Shown: positions 1 to 11,319 of the stretch, piece by piece
Layout: each line of letters begins with the position of its first letter
How positions within the stretch are numbered: position 1 is the stretch's first letter
Source of the DNA: Rhizophagus irregularis
Lineage: Eukaryota
Assembly: GCF_026210795.1 (NCBI RefSeq)
Contig: NC_089433.1
Coordinates: 4,402,001 to 4,466,000 of the forward strand
Length of the DNA stretch: 64,000 nt
Reading direction: 5' to 3'
Position numbers and translations under genes: made by a program
The notes under the pieces: generated by a model
Told to the model about the DNA's origin: nothing
The model's database searches: none
Seen by the model: only the letters and a program-made list of their open reading frames with translations

Positions 1-547
1 TCTCATGAATACCATCTACAGATTCTAAAGCATATGCTAAGGTAGAAAGATGAATAAACTTATTACTCCCAATATTAATCACAAATTTGTAATTACACAG
101 GAGAGCCTTATTTCCACCCACAAGTTCTACAGAAGAAAACTCAGGTAGGGAACATTCAGAAAGGTAACGTAAGAAGATAGTAACAGGATCAAAAGACCCG
201 AAAACTTGTATACTACCAGATCTAGGAAAATAACGAATGGTATGTACAGAATCAGCTAAAATGATAACAAACTCAATGCAAGCATTAAAAGTGCTACCAT
301 CCCCTGTACGTCGCCGTCTATTTAATGGATTGTCAGGTGTACTTTGTCTGCATCACCTCTCACCTTTTGGTTTAGACAAGTACTGTTCATAACCCTCAAA
401 AGCTTTATGAATAAAGTTGCTATTAATGGCAATAACATCCTTAGTAGGTTCAAGCTTATGACCAAGCATGGTGTAATCAAGCCTTTCAACATTGATCTTA
501 AATTCAGTAACAGTAAGAGATAGAGTAAGTTCACTAAAAGTAAGCAT
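1..547 (-). pseudogene. TBP-like protein resembling asfarvirus (ASFV) B263R; in-frame TGA at 353-355; runs off window start
   Basis: Read-through translation gives VIAINSNFIHKAFEGYEQYLSKPK..RRRRTGDGSTFNACIEFVIILADSVHTIRYFPRSGSIQVFG..LCNYKFVINIGSNKFIHL. This is colinear with ASFV B263R motifs as I recall them (ALNCNFGH..GYE..GDGTCFNSAIE..FPSTGEIQVPG..INFKFQIN). Confidence 0.75.
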
Positions 548-598
548 GTCTGGTTTTTTCTATTGATAGAAAAGAAATGTTCAAATTATTTTATCCTA

Positions 599-622
599 AG
601 AAAAAATCTAATTAAATAAAAC
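599..622 (+). promoter_or_regulatory. Copy of shared upstream motif (AGAAAAAATCTAATTAAATAAAAC)
   Basis: 21/24 match to the motif at 19805-19828 and 20520-20543; ends 29 nt before the ATG at 652. Confidence 0.55.
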
Positions 623-651
623 TTCTTCATCAATATCTCATATGAGATACT

Positions 652-1164
652 ATGACAAACAATAGCTTACCTTTCGAACTTTTAGAAAAGATATTCAAAA
701 CTTCATATGAAGGTACTTACTCCCGTTGGTATTGTCTTTGCAATTATGCATTAGTGTGTCGAAAATGGGCTGTAGTAGCAAACTCTCTCCTATGGGGTGA
801 AACAGACCTTTATAACCACTATAATATTAAGGAGTTCCAAATGTACAAACATCTCACAAAACCAGGGACAGTATGTGGAAAATATATCAGAAAACTTAAT
901 ATGGATGAGGTAAAATTATGGCCCATTTGTATTGTAAAAATGCTACAAGCTTGTCCCAATATCCAGGAACTTAGCATAATAGATTATCAATACTATGGTG
1001 GAAAAGGTGACGTTAGAGATTTGCTAAGTGAAATTCTGCATATATTACCAAACCTTTGAATGATAGATATCAGATATAGTCGATATTTTAAAAATAGAAA
1101 TGCCATTGAAAAACTTATAGAAACCCGTAAAGACCTAGAAATCAGAATAACATGGCAAATGTAA
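652..1164 (+). pseudogene. F-box (LRR-type) protein with in-frame TGA at 1057-1059
   Basis: N-terminal SLPFELLEKIF...YALVCRKWAVVANSLLW F-box and LQACPNIQELSI / LPNL*MIDI LRR-like repeats. The frame continues past the TGA to TAA at 1164. Confidence 0.8.
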
Positions 1165-1179
1165 TATTTGTAAAAGCTA

Positions 1180-1325
1180 ATCACTGCCAAAAAATTTGGG
1201 CACAGCCCTGTTACTGCCCGTCACTGCCGAAAAAATTTGGGCACTGCCCTGTTACTGCCCGTCACTGCCGAAAAAATTTGAGCACTGCCCTGTCACTGCC
1301 CGCCACTGCCCATCATTGCCGCAGA
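1180..1325. repeat. ~40-bp tandem repeat rich in CACTGCC
   Basis: TCACTGCC(A/G)AAAAAATTTG(G/A)GCAC(A/T)GCCCTGT unit x3 plus further CACTGCC copies, between convergent gene ends. Confidence 0.85.
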
Positions 1326-1443
1326 AGTTTGGGAAACACATGGATTTTTTCTAGCAAGATGACGCTTTAATTTAGAGGGAAAGTCAAAACTTGCTCCACA
1401 TAGATGACAGGTTAATCTTTCTCGAGAGTGTGAATTTTTTTTA
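1293..1443 (-). CDS. Short zinc-finger reading frame (C-x2-C...H-x6-C), -1 frame relative to the Gag-PR C-terminus
   Basis: Translates SRERLTCHLCGASFDFPSKLKRHLARKNPCVSQTSAAMMGSGGQ*. It has no ATG upstream of the finger and follows an A8 run. Confidence 0.55.
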
Positions 1444-1771
1444 AGTCGATAGTATCCATCTGCAAGGAAGTCACGTTAGTTTTCCGTTTATGTAGAGAAA
1501 TTGGAATGGTAATTTTTTTACGTAATGATAGAGGGATGGTCAGTTGCCGATTTTGGAAATCTAGAATGACATTAGCACGATCAATCCAAGGTACACCTAG
1601 CAATAAAAAGTCCTTATCACTCTTAACAACCATGAAGTCATCTTCGATTTTTTTAGAGTTCTCCCCATCATACACAAGAATACCAAGACCATATACTGTC
1701 CCAATAGTATCAGATTTTGTCGCAACACTACTAAGGTCAGGAGCATTACTTCTATCGACATCAAGATTTAG
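1412..1771 (-). pseudogene. 3' part (aspartic protease C-half) of the Gag-PR gene split by the Gypsy insertion
   Basis: Removing the LTR element and one TSD copy joins ..SNNIMKR (11320) in frame to LNLDVDRSNAPDL..FLLLGVPWIDRANVILDFQNRQLTI..*. Confidence 0.85.
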
Positions 1772-1775
1772 GCGA

Positions 1776-2309
1776 TGTTACCCCTAGTTACGTGTAGAGT
1801 TACAATTTACTACGCCAGAAAATCATGTGGAAAATTAGGATCTACTGTGCCTAACTGTGCCAAGCCGACCTAGCCGCAGCCTACTTAGCCTATTATTTCT
1901 ATTATATTTATTATATTAATTATATTTAATATAATCGATATAATTATTTTATTTATTATATTTAATTTATTTATTATATTTATTATATTAGTTATATTTC
2001 TTATATTTATTATATCTATTATATTTATTATATCTTTATATGTAGTAACTTTTATATAAATAACGTTGGTATTTTCCTTCGTTATAAAAAAAAAAGTTCC
2101 TTCAGTTCGAATTAGTTAACCTTAGTTCCTATTAGTTCTTATTCTTGTAATTATAAAGTTCTATAATAAAGTATAACCTTTTACACTATAAACGAACTCC
2201 CTACTTTAAGCGTGTCTTGTTTGATTGGATTCCAGTCATAGTTAAATGTACTTAATCTCCCTGACTGCAAATCATAGTTAATCTATTCAACGTACCGAAT
2301 CGGTTAACA
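1776..2309 (+). repeat. 5' LTR of element A
   Basis: TGTTACCCC...GGTTAACA; differs from the 3' LTR by about 5 transitions and short indels. Confidence 0.97.
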
Positions 2310-2311
2310 AG

Positions 2312-2328
2312 TGGTGATTCCTGCCAGG
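2312..2328 (+). promoter_or_regulatory. Primer-binding site (tRNA; Val-like, tentative)
   Basis: TGGTGATTCCTGCCAGG begins 2 nt after the LTR end. Confidence 0.75.
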
Positions 2329-2356
2329 TAAAAGGCTATACTGTGAATTAACAATT

Positions 2357-2562
2357 GATTTCTTTTCTCAGACGAACTTGAGAATACTTGCAGATGTACT
2401 TGCAGACGTAATTTCTTTTCTCAGACGAACTTGAGAATACTTGCAGACGAACTTGCAGACGTAATTTCTTTTCTCAGACGAACTTGAGAATACTTGCAGA
2501 CGCACTTGCAAACAAAATTTACTTTCTCAGACGTACTTGAGATATTAGCAGACGTACTTGCA
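2357..2562 (+). repeat. ~53-bp tandem repeat x4 in the element A leader
   Basis: Repeated TTTTCTCAGACGAACTTGAGAATACTTGCAGACG units. Confidence 0.9.
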
Positions 2563-2584
2563 ACAATTTGAATTTTGAAATTGA

Positions 2585-5500
2585 ATGCCCTTTTACAATT
2601 TATCTAAAGCAGAATTAAAATCACATCAAAGAAAACATCGTAGAGGAAGAGTGATCAACCAAAAAGAAGTTTACTGTATTCAGTGTTATCCAACAGATTC
2701 TATCCCAGCTGACAATATCCCTGACGGATTTGAGAAATTTTGGCTCTGGATTTCTATTCAGTACACAGCAAAACAATATACTGGAGCAACAGTAGCCGCT
2801 TTTAAAGTATTAAAAACTGAATTCTTTATAACTACACAACTTAATACACTTGTCGGTATAACTACTAAGATCCTACAAAGTATAAAGTTTCGACAAATAA
2901 ATACTCTTTTATTAGAATTATCCTTTTATTTACATAAATTATTTGAATTAACAAACGGATTCAAGAGTTTACCAACTGATACTCAAGTAACCAACGCATA
3001 CCAAATTTTTCATAATACACCAGTAAATAATAACGCTAACATGGATCAAGGACAAATGAGAGATCTTATGAAGTTAGTCTGGGGAGCTGACCCAACTGAT
3101 AATAATAACCCCAGAAATGTTGGAAACCTCTTGGAAAATACTTTGAATAATAATACAAATGCTATTACTACTGCTTTACAAAATAATCTTACCGCTATTA
3201 ATGCTCTTACAACTGCCAACCAAAATCGTACTACATCTAAAGTTGTGGATGTTCCCTTTTTCTATGGACGTGATGATGAGGATCCATATGAATGGTGTCG
3301 ACTCTTTGAAGCTGCTTTTGATGCTAATGGATGGCCAGATAATCGAAAAATTGCTTTAGCCGCTGGATTTCTTAAGGAAGCTGCCCGAGATTGGTATGAA
3401 GAGGATAGAGGAAATATCAATCAATGGCATATAGATGCCAATGCAAATAACTTTGATACTCGATTTATAAACTACTTTGCAACTGCTGCTCGAAGGAATC
3501 AGTGGACCAGAGAACTGCAAAATATTAAACAAGGAGACAATGAATCGGTAGAAAACTATTCTCAACGATTTAAAAAGTTGTTAAATAAAGCTACCCAAGG
3601 GGAAGCTTTAGCCGCAAGATACCAAATTAACTACTATATTAATGGTCTCAAGTCCTTCTTAGTTGGACAGGTAGTAATCGGGAATGCTGATACTTTGGAA
3701 GCAACTATTACCTGAGCTAAGTTAGTAGAATTAGGTGTAAATACTACTCTTTTAACTACAATACCTGTAACTACTAGTACAACAGAACCTATTCCAACTA
3801 CTACTACTACTACTGTTAAACCAACTCCACAAGTAGATAAAATGGAAGCATTAACAAAACAAATGCAACAACTCGCTCTTAATTATGCAAATCTGTCATC
3901 AGTTTTAATGGTTCAACAAAGCACTCCTCGAAATCCTAGACCTAGACCTAATAATAATAATAATCAAAATCGTCAAAATGGTCAAGCCTCTACTCAGAAT
4001 TCCTTCAATCCAAATATTACTTGTTTCAGATGTGGAAATGTGGGACATATTTCCAGAAACTGCCAAATGGGAAGAAATACCAATAATGGAAATATTAATG
4101 GTAATAATAATAATAATAATCGTCCTCGCCAAAGAGCATCAGTTACATCTATTAATTATGCAGATGATGAAGCAGAAATTTACTATGATGAATATGAGGA
4201 TGAATATGAGGAAGAATGGGAAGAAGAAGACGAATATGAAGCATATATTACAACTCATTCTAGATCTGTTCCATATGAGATATCCTCCCCTAGAGGAAGA
4301 AGAACAAGATTTTCAGAATCTCGAAAGGAAGACCAATTACGTACCCAACCTATTCCTCCAGTAACTCCTTCTACACCAATGGATATGGATGCTACAGCAG
4401 AATCTTCAACAAAAAGAAAAGTAAGAACCAAAATGGTCCCTGCACCTATTGAAAACGTCAATGAATTTGACATAGCTAAATATATTAGTGACCTTCCTTG
4501 TGGTCTATCTATCGGTCAAGCAACAGCTCAACTTCCTGTTTACAGGAAAGGATTAATTCAAAGTATGAGGAGAAAGCGTGAAAAGATTGATAACAATAAT
4601 TATATTGGAGAAAGTTACTATGGAGACTCCAACTCAGAAGAAGAAACTCCCACTACCGCTGCTAAATGTGAATTCCATATTAATCAACAGCCAGTTATTG
4701 CAGTAATTGATAGTGGAGCTGCAGTTAGTATTATGACAACTGCCATGATGAAAACTTTGAAATTAACTATCGATGGACCTTCAGAATATGTAATTAAAAC
4801 CGCCAATGGAACTAGAGTTAGATCATTAGGAGAAATCCAAAACTTACCCCTAAAAGTCAGAAATTTAATTATTAAAACTAATGTTCAAATCATAGAATCA
4901 AGCGATAGTGTTTTTATTCTAGAAAACAATTGGATGAGAAAGGTAAATGCTGCTCTTGACTGGGACAAGAAGACACTAACCATCAGATACAATGGACGAT
5001 CTACAACAGTCCCTGTGATTTTTACTCTTCCAAAACCTATTAAAATGAAGCAATCATTTGAGTATGATGACGAAGAGGAATATGAGTCTGAAGAGTTAGA
5101 AGAAGCCCAAATCTATATGTCTGATTTTTCTGGTTATTCAACAGAAGAATCCCTTGAATTTAACCCATGGGAAAATGAAGTATCTCCTGCCCACCAAAAT
5201 AATGAAGACGAAGAATTGGAAGAATCAAATCCTGCCATTTATTTAGCTCAAGCAGAAGTATATAGTGGAGAAAAAGTCAATCCAGACTTACATTTAGGAC
5301 CATTAGATTACCACCAACAAAGCCAATTTCAACAACTCTTGAGTGACTATGCAGATATTTGTGCTAAAAGCCAAACGGAAATTGGAAAAACAAATGTAAT
5401 TAAGCACAAAATTATTACAAAAGATGCCAGATGTAATCCTAAATATAGAGAATTTTTACAAGGAGAAATCACAAGAATGGAAAGTCAAGGACTTATAAGA

Positions 5501-7556
5501 AAATCAGCTAGCCCTTGGGCTTCACCTGTAGTAATTGTTGATAAAAAAGGAGGAGAAAAACGTTTATGCATAGACTATCAAAAATTGAATGCTGTCACCA
5601 AAGCAGATGCTTACCCATTACCTTGAATTGATGATATGCTTGAATCTTTTAGTAATGCAACATGGTTTACCACATTAGATTTAGCCAGTGGTTATTGGCA
5701 AGTAGCTATGGATCCAGCAGATGTGGAGAAAACTGCCTTCATTACTCCCTTTGGATTATATGAATTTCTAGTAATGCCCTTTGGTTTAGCTTATGCGTGG
5801 AACTTTTCAACGATTAATGAATAGAATACTCCAGGAGTATTTAGGGAAATTTGTAGCATTATATTTAGATGATGTAATCATTTACTCAAAGGGAAACTTG
5901 GAGCAACACTTGGATCATCTTAGACAAGTATTTGAAACTTTTAGACGAGCAAATTTGAAGATTAAACTAAAGAAATGTTATTTTTGCCTTGGAAATATTC
6001 ATTTCCTAGAACATGTAGTAGGACGAGAAGGTATCCGACCTGATCCAGAAAAAATTGAGAAAATTAGAACTTTTCCAGTCCCAACAAACCTAACGCAACT
6101 TTGCTCAGCATTGGGCTTATTCTCCTACTATCGAAAGTTCATCAAAGATTTCTCAAAAATAGCCAAACCAATGTTATTACTTTTAAAGAAGGAAACCCCT
6201 TTCTATTGGACTGAAAAACAGCAAATTGCATTTGATTATTTGAAGGAAAGATTAGTTAAATCTCTGATCTTAACATACCCTGACTTTGAACAACCCTTCA
6301 TTATTCATACAGACGCATCTGGAACTGGACTTGGTGCTGTGTTATCACAAATAAGAGAGGATGGAAAAGAACATGTAGTCGCTTATGCCAGCAGATCTTT
6401 GAATAAAGCTGAGTGCAATTACCCTATAACTGACCAGGAATGTCTTGCAATAGTGTGGGCTATCAAACATTTCCAACACTACTTAGGATTGAAACCTTTC
6501 ACAATTGTTACCGACCACTCTGCTCTAAAATGGTTAAAGACATCTAAAATCCCAAAAGGTCGCCGTGCGAGATGGGTCATGGACCTTCAACAGTACGACT
6601 TTAATATTAAGCATCGAGCGGGAAAAACAAATGCAAATGCAAATGCATTATCCAGAATGTTTGAAGAAGATAACCAAATTTTTAGTTGTTTTATGATTTC
6701 TATCGAAAAAGAAAGACAAACTAATGAAAATGAAAGCTCTACTCCAGTACATGAAGAGTATGATGCAGATTCAGAAGATGATTATACTGATAGACCTGCT
6801 CAAAGAGCTATCGATTTGTTAAATCGTTGTGATAATTTATTATACGATATGCAAAGCTACATTGAAGAACGATCAGGAAATAGTTCTCCTATGAATATTG
6901 TTTCAGGAATTCGATATGACTTTGACAACCCCAATGGACCTCATCCAGAAGATTGTATTTGTAAAGTTTGTCAACCTCCTCCAGCCCGTTCACCATCACC
7001 ATATAGTTGTTGTAACGAAATTATTTGTCAGTGTAATGAAGATAACTATTCAATTGATACAGAAGAATATAATAATTTGTGGGAAAGACAAATTAATGGA
7101 GATGCATTCTCTGATTATTCAGAAGAAAAACAGATTAATATTGAAGAACATATCGCCTGGACCATGTGTGGTATGGACCGTCAAGCTCTAGAAAATATGT
7201 ATTTGGAAAATATCAAAATTAAACAAGTAATCGCCGGTCAACCAATCAATCATGGTGGAAGTCGTTGTACCATAGAATGTGATACAGAAAATCATCACGT
7301 GCACACATACTGTACGATGTGCAAGAAGAATTTATTTTATGGAACTATTATACACGATTGTATCATTGGATTCACTTTAGGAAAAATTAGGCCAGATATG
7401 AATCCCAAATTCCTTATTACTAATCAATGGTGGAAAGAACCTCAAGCGGTACAACTTGAAAATAATATCAATTATCTTAAATATATCGAACGATTAATGA
7501 ATGATTTACCAGTTTACAAAGTATCTTTGGAACCTTTCATTGCCAATTTGGACTAA
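2585..7556 (+). pseudogene. Element A gag-PR-RT-RNase H with Cys/His-rich C-terminal extension
   Basis: Capsid (FYGRDDEDPYEW), [14 protein letters not shown] knuckle, protease [20 protein letters not shown] and RNase H TDASG/TDHSAL. Disrupted by TGA at 3713 and 5624 and a frameshift near 5795. Confidence 0.93.
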
Positions 7557-7650
7557 AAGTCCACCTCTTTTACATATTATAATTAACAAAGTATCAAAGG
7601 GTGAAAGCGAAAGTGTCCGCATCGTGACGAGACAGCCTAAATTTTCAAAA

Positions 7651-8913
7651 ATGGATATCGAACATTACAATAACATATATAATTATTTAAAATATAATCA
7701 ATTACCTTCTACATTAAATAACCAACAACAACAACAAATTCAAAAACAATCAGTATATTTTATTATCAAAAATAATTTTATTTATAAAAAGGATAAAAAG
7801 AAACAAAATAATTTATTACGAGTAATTAGAAGACATGAATTGGAACCAGTTCTTTTTATGTTCCACAATGATCCTACTGCTGCGCATTTTTCAGTTGATA
7901 CAATGTTTGACAAAATTCAATCAAGATATTATTGGCCACAAATGTACAATGACATCAGATCTTATGTCATGTCATGTGACTTTTGCCAACGAAAAGGAAA
8001 ACAAAAGACAAAGTTACCTTTACATCCTATTCCAGTAGAAAGTCCTTTTCATCAAATAGGAATAGATTTTGTAGGACCTTTACCTATAACTACAAATGGA
8101 AACAAATATATAATTACAGCAATGGATTATTTAACAAAATGGCCAGAAGCACGACCTGTAAAAGAAGCTACTGCAGAACAAGCTGCACTTTTTATCTATG
8201 AAGAAATAATTTGTCGACATGGATGTCCAGCAAAAATATTATCAGACCAAGGAACTCATTTTAGAAATCAAATAATTGAAAAATTAATGGAAAAATTTCA
8301 GATAAAACATTTATTTTCAATGCCATACCACCCTCAAACAAATGGACTTGTAGAAAGATTTAATCGTACTTTATTAGAATCTTTAGCAAAATTATCAACA
8401 GATCATATTGATAATTGGGATAATTATATTGCACCAATTTTATTTGCTTATCGTACTACAAAACATTCGACTACAAAAATCGCACCTTTCTTTTTATTAT
8501 ATGGACGAGATGCTAAACTACCAACTGATTCATTAGAAAATAATGGAACTCCAACTTTAATAAATCACATAGAAAATTTAGTTGACCAACTACCTCAAGA
8601 AATTGAAATAGCTAAGACAAATATTGAATTATCTCAACAAAAACAAAAAGAACGACATGATAGAAAATTACGCCATCAAATAAAATTTTCTATTGGAGAC
8701 AAAGTCTTATATTATGACGCAGCAAAAAAAAAGCAATGGACTGGAAAACTAAATCCAAAATGGAAAGGACCATACTATATTCATCAAGTTGGAGAAAAAG
8801 AAGCGTACAAATTACGAACTATAGATGGAAAAGTCTTACGAACTCCTGTAAATGGAAGTTTATTAAAATTGTATCACGATCGACAAAATTGGGAACCAAT
8901 AATTGTAGTATAA
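7651..8913 (+). CDS. Element A integrase (separate ORF)
   Basis: HHCC (H..AAHF..CDFCQ), IGIDFVG, SDQG, GLVERFNRTL and the GPY motif. It is in a different frame from pol; likely start is MDIEHY at 7651. Confidence 0.92.
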   Translation: MDIEHYNNIYNYLKYNQLPSTLNNQQQQQIQKQSVYFIIKNNFIYKKDKKKQNNLLRVIRRHELEPVLFMFHNDPTAAHFSVDTMFDKIQSRYYWPQMYNDIRSYVMSCDFCQRKGKQKTKLPLHPIPVESPFHQIGIDFVGPLPITTNGNKYIITAMDYLTKWPEARPVKEATAEQAALFIYEEIICRHGCPAKILSDQGTHFRNQIIEKLMEKFQIKHLFSMPYHPQTNGLVERFNRTLLESLAKLSTDHIDNWDNYIAPILFAYRTTKHSTTKIAPFFLLYGRDAKLPTDSLENNGTPTLINHIENLVDQLPQEIEIAKTNIELSQQKQKERHDRKLRHQIKFSIGDKVLYYDAAKKKQWTGKLNPKWKGPYYIHQVGEKEAYKLRTIDGKVLRTPVNGSLLKLYHDRQNWEPIIVV

Positions 8914-9145
8914 TTAGTCACGATTAAGATCTACAACTCGTGGCAAATAGTTAATTTTACTTAGTACGATTTACAAGTGTTACAGACGATTAAAATGAAT
9001 TTGCGACTCAATGCCCCAGAAAAATTTATTAAAAAGATGAAAAATTTTAGAAATTTTATTGTGAAAAACTTAGTGAAAAATTTATTACAAAAATATATTA
9101 GAAAATTATAGGGAAAATCAGAAAGAAGAAATTTTTTTTTTTTAT

Positions 9146-9840
9146 TTAATCAACTTCTTCATAACTAGGATTAGAAGTAGAACCATTTGACAAAATTATA
9201 TTACATTCCTCAAAAAGCATTTGTTTTGCTTCTTCAAATGCTGCTTCAGCACGACCTCTACTACTCTGCAAGCTTATATTATGTGAAATTAATTGACAAA
9301 CTCCTTCTTCCAGACCTTCTATTGTTCGCTGTTGGTCGATGATTAACTTTTGGGCCTCCCATAATTTCTGCTGCTCTCCAGCCCAGATTTTATTATGAAA
9401 CTCCGTCTCGAGACTCTTATGGGCCCCATCTCCAGCAAATTTTCAAACTTCTCTTCAAGTTCTTCTTTTTCTTCTTTAGCTTTTGCAAGATCCTCTATTA
9501 GAAATAAAAATGGAGATTTATGGTCACTCCAAGTTAGTTAAAAACTAAGTGGATAAATCGATAGCACAAAAGAGTTCTACAGGTAGAGGCCTTTCAAGAC
9601 TTAAATATCCTAGAAGTACAAGTACCCCGTCTACAAGCTGCGCAAAATCAACCTTTCAAGAACTGGATATAAGGTCGAAACCCTGTCTACAGGCAATCAT
9701 ACCGTTCAAGAGACATCTTAAGAACCTTGCGTACAATACCCACCTTCAAGTTGACGAACTTTCATCTTACGCGCTTCTTTAAGCCTTTGAAATCTTGCTC
9801 GAGATTTCTGACGTGAGGTATTAGATCGATGACAAGTCAT
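9146..9840 (-). CDS. Putative antisense two-exon coiled-coil gene inside element A (apparent 1-nt frameshift near 9422)
   Basis: ATG 9840; exon 1 ends at 9744 (..KVRQLE|GT); intron has ACTAAC at 9533-9538 and TAG at 9495; exon 2 reads EDLAKAKEEKEELEEKFENL.. then KSLETEFH..SYEEVD*. Confidence 0.55.
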
Positions 9841-10341
9841 GATAGATAGATTAGTAGATAGATAGATAGGTAGACAAAGAAAATTTTGGAAAAATTTTGG
9901 GATAATATCAAAGATTTTACGTGAAGATAAGAAAAAGAGAAAGGGAAAAATTTAGACTTTATATAAGAAATAGGCACGACGCGAAAACACGTTAAGATCA
10001 GGCACAACAAAAATATTACGAAAAATCACGACGTGAAAAATTATGAAAAATGTGGACGCGTAAGACACGCAAAAATCACTTTTGAAAATATTTCTGGAAA
10101 GTTCTAGAGAAAAATGTGAAGATATTTTTAGAACAAGGAAAAATAATCTTAAAATAGAAAAACGCGGTTAAATAATTTAAGCGCTAAAAATAACTGATAG
10201 ATGTGGTGAAACATGATAAGTAATACAAAAACCTCATCAGAAATAAACAAAAATCTAATCAGCAAAATGATCTACAGGAATTTAAAACATATATATAGAT
10301 GTGGATAAGTTGACAAAAGAGTTTAAACCGCTTGAAGAAAA

Positions 10342-10755
10342 ATGGATTTTTCAGAAATATTAGAAGATATTCAACAAACAACTTCAGAGGAAATTAATTT
10401 TCCACCACCGCCCTACATGGAAGAAGAAGATTTCCAAGTTAAATTCTCTGCAACTCTGAGAAGTGTAACGAAATCAATACGACTAAAAGATACACAATTG
10501 GCGATAATTAACTCTTTCTATTTAGGACAACTCCTAGACCAACTACCAACTCCTAGCGAACGATTGAAATACAAGCATAAAATGTCATTACATTATGCAA
10601 CAATTGTAGAAAAAACTTTTGATATTTTTGAGTTTTTTCCAGAACAAATCTTAAGGACGAAAAAACTAGACGTCCAAGTTATTAGAAAAATTACCAGACC
10701 TCAGATAAGGAGACTTAGAAATAATTTATTGATTTTCGCAGGAGCTGCAAATTAA
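10342..10755 (+). CDS. Accessory 137-aa ORF of unknown function before the PPT of element A
   Basis: Intact ORF with an upstream TATATATA (~10290); its stop abuts the PPT AAGAGGAGGAA. Confidence 0.7.
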   Translation: MDFSEILEDIQQTTSEEINFPPPPYMEEEDFQVKFSATLRSVTKSIRLKDTQLAIINSFYLGQLLDQLPTPSERLKYKHKMSLHYATIVEKTFDIFEFFPEQILRTKKLDVQVIRKITRPQIRRLRNNLLIFAGAAN

Positions 10756-10766
10756 GAGGAGGAACC

Positions 10767-11319
10767 TGTTACCCCTAGTCACGTGTAGAGTTACAATTTA
10801 CTACGCCAGAAGATCATGTGGAAAATTAGGATCTACTGTGCCTAACTGTGCTAAGCCGACCTAGCCGCAGCCTACTTAGCCTATTATTTCTATTATATTT
10901 ATTATATTAATTATATTTAATATAATCGATATAATTATTTTATTTATTATATTTAATTTATTTATTATATTTATTATATTAGTTATATTTATTATATTAG
11001 TTATATTTCTTATATTTATTATATCTATTATATTTATTATATCTTTATATGTAGTAACTTTTATATAAATAACGTTGGTATTTTCCTTCGTTATAAAAAA
11101 AAAAAGTTCCTTCAGTTCGAATTAGTTAACCTTAGTTCCTATTAGTTCTTATTCTTGTAATTATAAAGTTCTATAATAAAGTATAACCTTTTACACTATA
11201 AACGAACTCCCTACTTTAAGCGTGTCTTGTTTGATTGGATTCCAGTCATAGTTAAACGTACTTAATCTCCCTGACTGCAAATCATAGTTAATCTATTCAA
11301 CGTACCAAATCGGTTAACA
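10767..11319 (+). repeat. 3' LTR of element A
   Basis: Near-identical to 1776-2309 and preceded by the PPT at 10754-10766. Confidence 0.97.

Larger units (their letters stand above)
1776..11319 (+). mobile_element. Full-length Ty3/Gypsy LTR retrotransposon (element A), decayed
   Basis: TG..CA LTRs at 1776-2309 and 10767-11319, 4-bp TSD GCGA/GCGC, PBS, PPT, and gag-PR-RT-RH-IN order. Confidence 0.97.

Noticed and set aside
10342..10755. env gene
   Set aside because: Only 137 aa, with no signal peptide or transmembrane segment visible.
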